Source: Candidatus Eiseniibacteriota bacterium
Lineage (GTDB): Bacteria > Eisenbacteria > RBG-16-71-46
Assembly (NCBI GenBank): GCA_963717935.1
Contig: CAVQXP010000004.1
Location: 1,760,001-1,824,000, forward strand
Direction of reading: 5' to 3'
DNA length: 64,000 bases
The position numbers and the translations under genes were made by a program. Shown here piece after piece: positions 54,396-63,927 of this stretch. The first letter of the stretch is position 1. Each line of letters begins with the position of its first letter. The notes under the pieces are model-generated. The model ran no database searches, was not told where the DNA came from, and saw nothing but the letters and a program-made list of their open reading frames with translations.

Positions 54396-55076
54396 ATGGC
54401 TCTGGTGGCTTCGCCCTCGACGAGAGCGGTCGGGTTCTGGTCCGCCGTGCTCGCCACCGTGTTCAGCATCACGTACGACGTTGGGCAGATCGCGGAATGG
54501 TTGGGTTGGCTGGGCTCTGGCGGAGGGCCGGAGAGTGCCAGCACGCCTCTCGGGCTGGTCGTGCTCCTCACGCCATCGCTCTTTCTGGGGTCTGCGTTTC
54601 TCGTGCTCGCTGTGAGCATCCACCAGGTGGCGTCCCCCGACCGAAGGGTCTGGAGCCATGCAGCGGTCGCGTTCGCGACCGCCTATTGCGTGCTGATCAG
54701 CATCAACTACTTCGTTCAGCTCACGCTGGTGGCACCCCGGCTTGCCGCCGGGCGAGTTGCGGGCATCGAGCCGTTCCTCTTCATGCCCTTCGATTCGTTC
54801 TTGTACGCGGTGGACATCCTCGGGTACAGCTTCATGAGCGTGGCCACGCTCTTTGCGGCCGGCGTCTTCACGGGCGGCGGATTGGAGCGAGTTGCACGCT
54901 GGTTCCTGATCGCGAATGGGCTGTTGCTGCCGTTCATCGCGCTCCAGATGTACGTCCATTGGCTGATCTGGATCGCGGCGCTCTGGGCAGTGACCTTTCC
55001 GGGAGCCACGTGGTCTCTGGCGATTCTCTTCCGACGTGCAACGATCACGGAGAGCGGCTCTGGGTCCCGACGCTGA
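54396..55076 (+). CDS. Hypothetical membrane protein (about 6 TM)
   Basis: GGAGG RBS, hydrophobic helices, lower GC3 than the core genes. Confidence 0.75.
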   Translation: MALVASPSTRAVGFWSAVLATVFSITYDVGQIAEWLGWLGSGGGPESASTPLGLVVLLTPSLFLGSAFLVLAVSIHQVASPDRRVWSHAAVAFATAYCVLISINYFVQLTLVAPRLAAGRVAGIEPFLFMPFDSFLYAVDILGYSFMSVATLFAAGVFTGGGLERVARWFLIANGLLLPFIALQMYVHWLIWIAALWAVTFPGATWSLAILFRRATITESGSGSRR

Positions 55077-55380
55077 CCTGCGCAATCGGGCACCGGGACT
55101 ACCGGAACGTCTTCCGGGAGACGCGGGCCGACTGGGGCCGGACCCGCTTGGGCTATGACGAGATGCTGGGCCTCTGGCCGGAGTCGCTGGAACTCAGAAG
55201 TCAGGCGGCTCGGCTCGCCCTCGACGCCGGCGACGCCGGCTGGTCGGCTGGCCAGGGGAAATGGAAGCTCTGAGACAAAGGTTCCGCGCCTGGTGCCAAA
55301 GACGTACAATGGCGATCGTTGAGGGAGCATAGAGTCGTCTACCGGCGCCGTATGGCACCGGAGATTCGGAGCGTACCCTC

Positions 55381-57075
55381 ATGTCGCGTTTCCGACGCGG
55401 GTTGCTGGTCCTTGGCTTTGGCGTGGCTGCCTGCCTGCCCGGGCAGGCGTCAGCGCAGTCGACCGACCCCCTGGTGCCGATGACCGTCCGCATCGGCAGC
55501 TGCCTCCGCCAGCACGAGGTCGAAGGCATCACCCGCGATGCCCGGTATGCCGTCAATCCCTCCGAAGTGATCCGGCTGTCCGTGGTCTCCCAACTCCTCG
55601 GTTTCAACGACCTCTGCGCGACGTTTCAGGGCCATGCCTACACCTACCGCAAGGATGTCACTGACCGGGCGGACTTCCTGATCAGCCACTACGGCGAGGC
55701 CACGTCGGGAACCGCCTTCGACGGCATGCTGGGCTACGCGCTGCTGGGCGCCTACGACATCACCGGCGACACCCGCTACCTCAACGCCGCGCTCCCCATC
55801 GTGGACCTCTGCATGAGGCTCAGGGGCAGCCGGAATCGATTGAACTGGGGACTGATGTCGGCGATGGCCCTGGGCAAGTTCTGCCAACTGACGGGCGACC
55901 CGGCGCCGCTGGCGAAGACGCTCGAGCTCCTGGGTTCGGTGGTCTCCGACCAGTCCCCGGACGGCAGCTTCGCCCACTACTGCGGTCGCTCCACCGACGT
56001 GCATTACACGGCCTGGATGGGCATGGAGTTGGTCCTCGTTCAGCGGTACGTCGACTACCCTCCCGCCGAACAAGTGCTCCAGGGGATCGAGGGGTTCCTC
56101 GCGCGGCGCATAGGCCCCTCCGGACAGACGACCTACATGGAGCCCTGTCCGGGCACGCCAAGCTGCTGGCTCTACTACTACAGCATAGCCAGCGGCTGCC
56201 CCCAGGACTACGACACGCGGGCCTGGGTCAACGAATTGGGATACGACGCGGTGGTCTTCGACCACTTCCGTGCGGACCGGTACGCCGACGTGATGCGGTT
56301 CCTCGATTCGCTCGAGGTCAGCGGCACCGTGCCCGACAAGTGGGACCACCTGCCGCCCGTCTCGGACCCGATCTACGCGTGGGCCAGCGCTGACACCTCG
56401 GTGATTCGGGCCAGTGTCGTCTTCTGGTCCCTGGCCAGCATGTGCAACTCGCGCTATGCCGCGCTGCTGGCTCGTTACGTTCCCCCCCGCGGTCCCCTTG
56501 CCGGCTACACGCTCGCGGGACTCATGGAGGATCTCGCCGAGTCTCGTGCCTCGCGCGAGTCCGCCGAGGACGACTACGTCGCCATCCTTGCCGCGAACGA
56601 AGAGAACCCCCTGCGCTACAAGTGGTTCGCGGTGGACAGCCTGGTGATTGCTGGCCCCGACGAGGACCGGTCCGGCAGCTTATCGCCCGGGTCGGGGATG
56701 CTCCCTGTGCGGCCGCCGATCGAGCAGACGGGGGCCGGCGGCGTCAGCGCCGGGGGCGAAGGGACGGGGTTCGCGGCGGCGCAGGTGGCTCCCTCGGACG
56801 TAGCCAGGCTCGGACCGCTCGCGCCGAACCCGGCGGTCCGGGACCAGACCGTCCGCTTCTGGCTGAGCCGGGATGCCGATGTGTCGCTCACGGTCTACGA
56901 CGCCGGTGGGCGGCAGGTGCGTTCGCTCCTCTCGGGGTGGCTCGGCGCAGGCGAGCACAGCTTGCGGTGGGACCGGGCGGACGACGCGGGCCGCCCGTGC
57001 CCGAGCGGTCTCTACCTCGTCGGTCTGCGCACGGGGAGCGAGGTGCGCATCGGCAGGATCGTCGTGATCCGCTGA
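55381..57075 (+). CDS. Secreted protein with helical (alpha/alpha-toroid-like) domain and FlgD-Ig/T9SS-like CTD
   Basis: Signal peptide; C-terminal PNP..VRF.L....VSLTVYD..GR.VR.L..G...AG.H...WD...G....SGLY..L. Confidence 0.85.
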   Translation: MSRFRRGLLVLGFGVAACLPGQASAQSTDPLVPMTVRIGSCLRQHEVEGITRDARYAVNPSEVIRLSVVSQLLGFNDLCATFQGHAYTYRKDVTDRADFLISHYGEATSGTAFDGMLGYALLGAYDITGDTRYLNAALPIVDLCMRLRGSRNRLNWGLMSAMALGKFCQLTGDPAPLAKTLELLGSVVSDQSPDGSFAHYCGRSTDVHYTAWMGMELVLVQRYVDYPPAEQVLQGIEGFLARRIGPSGQTTYMEPCPGTPSCWLYYYSIASGCPQDYDTRAWVNELGYDAVVFDHFRADRYADVMRFLDSLEVSGTVPDKWDHLPPVSDPIYAWASADTSVIRASVVFWSLASMCNSRYAALLARYVPPRGPLAGYTLAGLMEDLAESRASRESAEDDYVAILAANEENPLRYKWFAVDSLVIAGPDEDRSGSLSPGSGMLPVRPPIEQTGAGGVSAGGEGTGFAAAQVAPSDVARLGPLAPNPAVRDQTVRFWLSRDADVSLTVYDAGGRQVRSLLSGWLGAGEHSLRWDRADDAGRPCPSGLYLVGLRTGSEVRIGRIVVIR

Positions 57076-57117
57076 CATGGAACGGCCTCAGGTCAAGGCG
57101 CTTGCTGTGACCTCCTG

Positions 57118-57141
57118 GCGGCCACCTCTCGAGGTGGCCGC
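57118..57141. terminator. Hairpin downstream of the secreted protein gene
   Basis: GCGGCCACCTC-TC-GAGGTGGCCGC. Confidence 0.55.
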
Positions 57142-57371
57142 TGGGTCTTGGTGCTCTCGACAACTCCGTAGCCAGCTCAGAGCGTTCCGCCCCGCGATGA
57201 CGACCTGCACGGCCGGCATCAACCCTGATCCGCTACCCGACGCTGGAGCGACGGGGCACGCTCGAAGCCACTATCTCGGGGGCCTCGGCTTCTTCAACCT
57301 CGGCACGATATTCGGCCGGGGGCCGCTGCGGCTTCGAGTGGATCGCCGCCCGACGGCTTCGCGGAGCCGCC

Positions 57372-58838
57372 CTAGTACCGCACGATCCCGCTGAGCTCCA
57401 CACCCTCGAACGCGGGCTCGTACTTGCAGACGCCGCCCGCGCACAGGTAGCCGGCCTGGCGTTTGCCGGCCCAGAGCGTGACGTGCATGCCCAGTTCCGT
57501 CGTGTAGGTGAACTGCAGGGCGGGAAAGGGGCCGGCCCTCTCACCGAAGGTGCGCTGCTCATCGTACTTGTTGTTCAATTCCAGCACGCCCGCCAGGGTC
57601 CACGTGGGGGCCACGCCCAGCTCGAGCTTCAGGAACTCCTCGTCGAACGCACCCAGGTTGAACCCGGTCCCACCGCCGAGACGCACGTGCTGGTGTTCGA
57701 CCTCCAGGCTCAAGCTGTGGCGCTCGTTCAGGAACCAGGTGGCCTCCGCCACGACGGTCTGGCGCAGCCCCTCGCTCTCGCGGTACCCGAAGCCTCCCCG
57801 CAGGCGGAAGTCTCCCCAGCGCTCCTTCTCGACGTGTCCGTAGATCTCCTCGAAGAGCAGGTCGCCGTCGTGACGCTCGGCACGGCTCGCGTTGACGAGG
57901 GCGCTCCAGCCGTTGCCGACCGACCCGGTGAGCTCCGCCTGCTGGCCGCGCTCGTCGTCGGCGTTCACGACGTGGGGGGCGCGGTTGAGGAGCGTGAAGA
58001 GGTGCTCGCGGGTGAGCGAAGGCGGGTTGTTCAGCGGCGTGCGCCCGTCGGCGCGCCGCAGCACCGTGAACCGCCGGTAGTCCTTGGTCTCCAGCGACAG
58101 CCCCAGGGGGCCCGCGGCCAGGTCGAGGGCGCCGTAGAAGGCGTGCCCGCCCTGGTACTCGTCGTCCGGGACGACCTCGAAGTCCCACCCCTTCTTGCGG
58201 CCGTACTCCACGTAGAGGCCGCCCCAGGGGCGCGTCGTGGTCAACCGCGACGCCGCCACCCACTCGCGGTGCACGTCGCCCTCGGCATCGGTCAGGCCGT
58301 CGGCGCGCCAGGTCAGGCTGGAGCCGCCGACGGACCAGCCGCGGCCGAGGTCGGCCTCCGCGTCGAGACCCCGCACGTCCACCGGCAGCTCGCCGGGCGT
58401 GCCCGTGAACGCCGTGCCACGCAGCCGGTCGCGGCGGCCCGACACGAGCAGGCCGTCGAGCGCCGTGTCGATGCGGATGCGCCGGTCCTCCTGGGCGGCG
58501 AACAGGAGCCCGCGCCCGAACATCCCGTAGAAGTGTCCGACACGCAGGTCGAGGCCCTGGGTGCTGAACTCGACGAAGCGGTGCCGGACGTCGTTGAGCC
58601 TGACGTTCTCCTCGGAGGGGGCCTGGTGGTTGAGCAGGATGCCCGCCCGGACGCCGTTCAGGAGCAGGCTCGCGTCCAGCCAGTTCTCGACGATCTCGGC
58701 GCCGGTCTCCGTGTTGTAGGAGTACTCGAACGCGTCGACCGCCATGACCTGGGGGTCCGACGCGATCCCGCCCCGCGCGGCCGAAGCGCCGCAGAGGATC
58801 GCGATCGTGCCGGCCAGGACGAGTCCGGCGCGCCTCAT
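57372..58838 (-). CDS. DUF6029-like outer membrane beta-barrel protein
   Basis: Signal peptide, GHFY..FGRGL, NNPPSL.REH and C-terminal G...GYLCAGGVCKYEPAF.G ending in Tyr. Confidence 0.8.
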   Translation of the reverse strand: MRRAGLVLAGTIAILCGASAARGGIASDPQVMAVDAFEYSYNTETGAEIVENWLDASLLLNGVRAGILLNHQAPSEENVRLNDVRHRFVEFSTQGLDLRVGHFYGMFGRGLLFAAQEDRRIRIDTALDGLLVSGRRDRLRGTAFTGTPGELPVDVRGLDAEADLGRGWSVGGSSLTWRADGLTDAEGDVHREWVAASRLTTTRPWGGLYVEYGRKKGWDFEVVPDDEYQGGHAFYGALDLAAGPLGLSLETKDYRRFTVLRRADGRTPLNNPPSLTREHLFTLLNRAPHVVNADDERGQQAELTGSVGNGWSALVNASRAERHDGDLLFEEIYGHVEKERWGDFRLRGGFGYRESEGLRQTVVAEATWFLNERHSLSLEVEHQHVRLGGGTGFNLGAFDEEFLKLELGVAPTWTLAGVLELNNKYDEQRTFGERAGPFPALQFTYTTELGMHVTLWAGKRQAGYLCAGGVCKYEPAFEGVELSGIVRY

Positions 58839-59455
58839 GGGGCCGGCGCCGCGACGGCGGCCGAGTCCCCGAGCAGCGCCATGACCTTCTCGCGCAGCTT
58901 GGCTTCGTCCCCCTCGTGGTAGCCGAGGTGGCGATAGACCTCCACCCCCCGGGAATCGTAGAGGACGAGGAACGGCAGGCTGCCGCCCACCTGCATCTTG
59001 CGGGCGACGTCGCCGGCCGTGTCGAGCGGCACGGTCAGACCGAGCCGCTTCGATTGCAGGTAGGGTCGCACCCTGGCCACGCCGCGCGTGGCGTCCTCGT
59101 TCACCGCGAGGACGGTCAGGCGCCCGGCCGTCTCGCGCGCCAGGGCGTCCAGGTGGGGCAGCTCCTTCAGGCAGGGGACGCACCAGAGCGCCCAGAACGA
59201 CACCAGCACGGGCCCCCGCGAGAGGGCCGCGTGCAGGCGGACTTCCTTGCCGTCCGTCGTGCGCAGGGTCCAGTCGGGGACGGCGAACCGCGCCGGCGCG
59301 GCCGAGGAGGCCGCGCCGGCAGCGGAGACAACCGGGATCCCGAGAGGCGTGAAGGTCATCAGGGCCAGCACCGCGGCCGTCGCGACAGCCCGCCGCGTCA
59401 CGCGCGACCGCGGGCAAGCAGTGGACGAGGCCGACGCCTCCCGGGAGTGGTTCAC
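58835..59455 (-). CDS. TlpA/ResA-like thiol-disulfide oxidoreductase
   Basis: FWALWCVPCLKELP, cis-Pro LP and H.GY..GDE motifs; N-terminal export signal; GTGA/ATGA overlaps on both sides. Confidence 0.9.
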   Translation of the reverse strand: MNHSREASASSTACPRSRVTRRAVATAAVLALMTFTPLGIPVVSAAGAASSAAPARFAVPDWTLRTTDGKEVRLHAALSRGPVLVSFWALWCVPCLKELPHLDALARETAGRLTVLAVNEDATRGVARVRPYLQSKRLGLTVPLDTAGDVARKMQVGGSLPFLVLYDSRGVEVYRHLGYHEGDEAKLREKVMALLGDSAAVAAPAP

Positions 59456-61491
59456 CTCAGCACCGTCACCCGCGTCACCCGCGCGTCCGCGCCCTGCTGC
59501 AGGCGCACCAGGTAGAGCCCCGGCGCGAGGGTACGGCCCTCGCCCAGGTCGAGCGTGTGCCGCCCTGCGCCGAGCGAGCCGACGTCGTGCGCGACGACGC
59601 GGCGACCGGCCACGTCGAACAGTTCGAGCGAGGCCGGCGCCGCGCTCGGCAGCGTGAAGCGCATCGTCAGGGCACCCTGCGTGGGATTCGGGCGGACCGG
59701 CTCGAGGGCGAACGCCAGCGGAGCCTCCCCCGGCACCGAGACCCGGCCCGCGCCCAGCCAGTCGAGGCTGCGCGCCATCACGGCGAATCGGCTCGACTCC
59801 GTGTCCTGCCCCTCGAGACCGTAGGCCAGGTAGACGACGCGAAACGGGCCGCTCTCGTAACGGACGCCGGCGACCTTGCCGGGGCTGTACAGGAAGCAGC
59901 CGACCGCGCCGGCTCGTGCCGAGATCTGGCTCGCATACTCCTGGTTGTCGGCGCCCGTGCCCCCTTGCAGGGCGAATTCCAGGCCGTCCCCGATCGGGTC
60001 GCCATCCAGGCCGGCGACGGTCAGATCGCCGACGCGATCGACCACGTAGTTGGCGCCCAGGTACGTGTTGTACCAGGCGAGGCTCGCGGTGGTCATGTCC
60101 GAACTGCCGGGGTCGCACAGGTCCCAGCCGATGTCCTGGCCGCTGATGAACATCCGGCCGCCGCCGTCCAGGTACGTACCCAGCGCGGCCATGTCCGCGA
60201 CCGTCAGGACCGGGTAGGCCAGCCCGGCGTTCCAGACGGTGATGGCGAAGTAGTCGAGCTGGGTGGCGGAGAGCTCCCCGTCCGCGAGCCGGTCCCACTT
60301 CGCGTACGTCCAGCCCGACGCGTCGAGGGCGCTCGTGTAGTAGGTCTCGTAGTCTTTGCCGCCGTCGCTGTCCACGGAGAGGACCCGTATGCCGTCGGAG
60401 ATCAGCTTGACGGTGCGGGTCCAGGTGTCCGCGGGCTCGCCCCGGCTGGTCGTGGTGGCGGTCATCGTGCCCGTGCCGGCCGTCTGCAGGGGCTGGATGT
60501 CCACCCGCACCAACTGCTGGGCACCGGGGGCCAGGGTGACCGCGAAGTCCAGGATCCAGGGCGGATAGCAGGTGGTCCCGATGCAGATCGAGCCGCTCCA
60601 TCCCGCCGGCAGCGCCGGGGTCACGTGGATGTCGTAGGTGTCCGAGGTGGTGCCGTAGTTGGTGAGGATGGTCTCGAAGTTGTACAGCGTGCCCCGGGGC
60701 GACACGTCGGCGCGCTGGTGCGCGCCGTAGTAGTGGGCGTAGGGCGGCAGGACCGCCGAGCTGCCCGCCTGCAGCACCTCCCTGGTGGCGTCGTCCTGCA
60801 CCCAGACCACGGCGCGGATGTTGTCCAGGTTCCAGGCGGCATCCACCGGCGCGCTCAGCGAGAAGTTCTGGGTCTGGCCCGCGCTGATCGTCAGAGGCGT
60901 GCCGGCGTAGTCGGGCAGCATGTCGCGCATGGTGTTGTAGAAGTCCGTCTGGCCGTTCGAGCCGGGCGCTTCCTCGAAGATGATCTCGGTCTCGACCAGG
61001 GCGATGCGCAGCGCCAGGTTGCTGGCCGGCACCGTGCCCTCCGCCGTGACCTGTACGTCCACGGTGACCATGCCGCCGGCCACCGTCTTGCCGACCACGA
61101 GGGCGATGGGCGAGTCCAGCGTGAGGCGGTTGGCCGCCATTCCCTCCAGGGCATCCACGCTGCCGCCGACCGTCGCGCTGCCGTCCGAGAAGAGCGCGGG
61201 CACCGAGTTGATCCCGTAGTAGGCCCGCCTGCCGGTGACGTCGGCGCTCGTGGTCAGGTAGAACGGATCGCTCGCGTCCGGCCACCAGACGTGGTAGCTC
61301 ACGCCCACCGCCATGGCCGGCTCGTAGGTGGTCATGAACTCGTGCGTGGCCGCGTTGTCATCCGGGCAGTACGGGCAGCCGACGTTCGTGAAGCCCTCGA
61401 CGAGCATCACGCGCGGGACCGCCAGGGCCGTGCCAGCCATCAGGGTACAGGCCAGCAGGCAGATGATGCTCCAGGTTAGCGGTGTTCTCAT
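59452..61491 (-). CDS. Omp28-related secreted protein (CPYC) with additional domains and T9SS-like CTD
   Basis: Signal peptide, VEGFTNVGCPYCP, YH..WP...DP, YYGI..VP, MRDML, VVWVQD...EVLQ and C-terminal PNP..FDV.GR..PGLYLVRL. Confidence 0.85.
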   Translation of the reverse strand: MRTPLTWSIICLLACTLMAGTALAVPRVMLVEGFTNVGCPYCPDDNAATHEFMTTYEPAMAVGVSYHVWWPDASDPFYLTTSADVTGRRAYYGINSVPALFSDGSATVGGSVDALEGMAANRLTLDSPIALVVGKTVAGGMVTVDVQVTAEGTVPASNLALRIALVETEIIFEEAPGSNGQTDFYNTMRDMLPDYAGTPLTISAGQTQNFSLSAPVDAAWNLDNIRAVVWVQDDATREVLQAGSSAVLPPYAHYYGAHQRADVSPRGTLYNFETILTNYGTTSDTYDIHVTPALPAGWSGSICIGTTCYPPWILDFAVTLAPGAQQLVRVDIQPLQTAGTGTMTATTTSRGEPADTWTRTVKLISDGIRVLSVDSDGGKDYETYYTSALDASGWTYAKWDRLADGELSATQLDYFAITVWNAGLAYPVLTVADMAALGTYLDGGGRMFISGQDIGWDLCDPGSSDMTTASLAWYNTYLGANYVVDRVGDLTVAGLDGDPIGDGLEFALQGGTGADNQEYASQISARAGAVGCFLYSPGKVAGVRYESGPFRVVYLAYGLEGQDTESSRFAVMARSLDWLGAGRVSVPGEAPLAFALEPVRPNPTQGALTMRFTLPSAAPASLELFDVAGRRVVAHDVGSLGAGRHTLDLGEGRTLAPGLYLVRLQQGADARVTRVTVLR

Positions 61492-62593
61492 GGCCGACCT
61501 CCTGCTGCGGGTGGGGGGGGACGGTGAACGAAGACGCCCGTGCGGGCCGTGCTGCGACGAGGCCCGAGGCGTTCACGGGTGCGTATCCTGCCTGCAGGAC
61601 TTCGCGCGTGGCGGGGTCCTGCACGAAGGCGATGACGAACAGGCGATCCTGGATCCAGGCGGAGTTCAGGGTCAGCGTCCCCGACTTGAACACGGGCGTG
61701 CCCGCGGTCAGCGGCAAGGGGCAGTCGGGCAGGGTGATGAAATCGCGCATGATCCAGTGGAACTCCGTCTCGCCCGTGGTGCCCGGGGGCGTGTCGTAGA
61801 GCACCGGGTGCTCGGCGAGCACCAGGTGCAGCTGGGCCCCGGCGCGCTCGACCGTCCGCACGGCGGTCAGCGTCACGTCGGCGGCCACACCCGCCCCGGC
61901 GACGGCCGCCTCCACGGCGATCGCGAACCCCGGACTCTCCGCCAGCAGCCCGCCCACGAGGGCCGACAGCTCGGTCGTGGTCGGAGGTACACCGGAGTTG
62001 CCGACGAGCGCCCCGTCGGCGAAGAGGGTGGGCACGCCCAAGATGTCGCTCATGTAGGTCGTGAGGCGCGCGAGGTTGTCCGCCGGGTTGGCCTGGTAGT
62101 GGGGATCCGACGGCTCGGGCCAGTTTGCCGCCCACTTGATCAGCAGGACCCGGTCGAGGCCGTGTCCCGGCTCGGCCATGACGGCCGTGAGCACCGCCGC
62201 CAGCTCCGGGCAGCCGGGGCAACTCACGTTCGAGAAGCCTTCCAGGAGGACGACCTTGGGCGGGTCCTGGGTAACCGCCTGGAGGGTGAACGTGGCGCTG
62301 GCAAGGCTGGAAACCGCCACATCGACGACCACGGACTCCGGCGCAGCGGCGTAGCCGGTCAGCACCACGCGCACGACATGGGGGCCCGCGGCGACCGACT
62401 CGAGGGTGTCGGGAGTGACCGCGCCCGTGTCGTGTCCGTCCAGGAAGATCGCGGCGCCGGTGGGGGTGGAAAGGATGCTCAGCGAACCGTAGGGCCGGGG
62501 GGCGAAGAACGGCGCCTCCCGGCCGCACCCGGCCAGGATCGAAGCCACTAGCAGCGCTGCGGCCAGGGAACCGAGAAGGCGAGACATCCGCAT
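61488..62593 (-). CDS. Lipoprotein with PEGA domain and Omp28-like thioredoxin domain (CPGC)
   Basis: Lipobox ILAGC, PEGA (STP.GA.IFLDG..TG..TP), LEGFSNVSCPGCP and IAFVQD...EVLQ. As given the ORF runs to 61358; one extra base in the G8 tract at 61513-61520 gives a stop at 61488. Confidence 0.82.
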
Positions 62594-62838
62594 CCTTCCC
62601 AAGAGCTGTCGTCCGTGGGGGCGCCATGGAAGCGCAAGAAACAGCCAGATAATCATAGAGAGTCGGAGATGGGGCGGTCAAGAGTCGAATCGCTCAAGCC
62701 GTTGGCGACAAAGTCTCTGGAGTGCTCCGCCCCGAGTTTCCCGGGGGCTCGAGAAGCGGGGAAGACCAAGGCGTGGGAGGGAGAGTGGCGTTCGCCCGGC
62801 CTCCCCCCTCCGACGTCCGTACAGCCTGGCGAGGAACC

Positions 62839-63927
62839 TCAGCCCGGGCGGGAGTCCCCCCGCACCAACTGACCGCAGGCCCCTTGCACGTCACGCCCGC
62901 GGCTCTTGCGGACGGTGACGAAGCAGCCCCGCGCTTTCAAGCGGTCCACGAAGGCCTCGAGTCGGCTTTCATCGGGTTCCTTGAAAGCCGATGCGGCATG
63001 CTCGTTCATGCGGATGAGGTTGAGATTGTGGCGTTCGCGGAGGGTGCCCATCCACTCGCCGAGGCGGTCGGCATCCTCCATCGTGTCGTTGACGCCCGCC
63101 ATCAGCACGTACTCGAAGGTGAGCCTCTCCCTGGCGCGCAGGGGCCATGCCGCCAGAGCCTGGCGCAGACACGCCAGGTTCCACACCCGGTTGACCGGCA
63201 TCACGGCACTGCGGGCCGCGTCGGTGGTGGCGTTGAGGGAGAGGGCCAGCCAGGGCCGCGGTGAGAGTCTTGCGAGTCGCTCGATGCCGTTGGCCAGGCC
63301 CGAGGTGGAGACCGTGATCCGCCGGGCGCTGATATTGAGGCCCTGTTTGTGGTTGAAGACGCGAATGGCCCGATGCACATGCTCCAGGTTGTGCAGCGGT
63401 TCGCCCATTCCCATGAAGAGGAGCGTGATCCGCTGTGTCCTCACGGATTCCAACGCCCGAAGCAGGACCAGCACCTGGCCGACGATCTCTCCTGCCGTAA
63501 GATTGCGCTTGATGCCCATGGCGCCGGTGGCGCAGAAGGTGCAGCCCATGGCACAACCCACCTGGCTGCTGAGGCAGAGGGTCAGCCGTGGATCGCGGAA
63601 CTCGCTGGGCAAGTGCACGGCCTCGATACGCTCGCCGTCCGAGAGGCCCAGCACCAGCTTCGTGCTGCCGTCCTCCGAGACTCTGCGCTCCAGGATCTCA
63701 GGGAGCGACAAGTCCAGGTTCCGGGACATCCATTCGCGAATCGCACGGCTCAGTCGAGGACGGTCATTGACCCAGGCCCAGGGCTGCTGGCACTGGACGA
63801 AGAGGTGCTCGGCCCGCCCCGGCGCGCCCAGGGCCGCGAAGTCCTCGGGCAGCAGCGCATAGGCCGAGGGCTTTCCGGTCCGCTCGGGGGCGGCACGATC
63901 CCACGGATGGAGCTTCGATTCGGTCAC
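62839..63927 (-). CDS. rlmN: Dual-specificity RNA methyltransferase RlmN
   Basis: CLSSQVGCAMGCTFC, MGMGEP, TFEYV...VND and RG.D..GACGQL motifs. Start uncertain. Confidence 0.93.
   Translation of the reverse strand: MTESKLHPWDRAAPERTGKPSAYALLPEDFAALGAPGRAEHLFVQCQQPWAWVNDRPRLSRAIREWMSRNLDLSLPEILERRVSEDGSTKLVLGLSDGERIEAVHLPSEFRDPRLTLCLSSQVGCAMGCTFCATGAMGIKRNLTAGEIVGQVLVLLRALESVRTQRITLLFMGMGEPLHNLEHVHRAIRVFNHKQGLNISARRITVSTSGLANGIERLARLSPRPWLALSLNATTDAARSAVMPVNRVWNLACLRQALAAWPLRARERLTFEYVLMAGVNDTMEDADRLGEWMGTLRERHNLNLIRMNEHAASAFKEPDESRLEAFVDRLKARGCFVTVRKSRGRDVQGACGQLVRGDSRPG

Noticed and set aside
57077..57394. 105-aa ORF between convergent genes
   Set aside because: Spans a terminator-like hairpin, has atypical codons and shows no recognisable motif.
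57372..62593. Selenocysteine in the Omp28/TlpA redox motifs
   Set aside because: All motif positions are Cys codons; no in-frame TGA seen.
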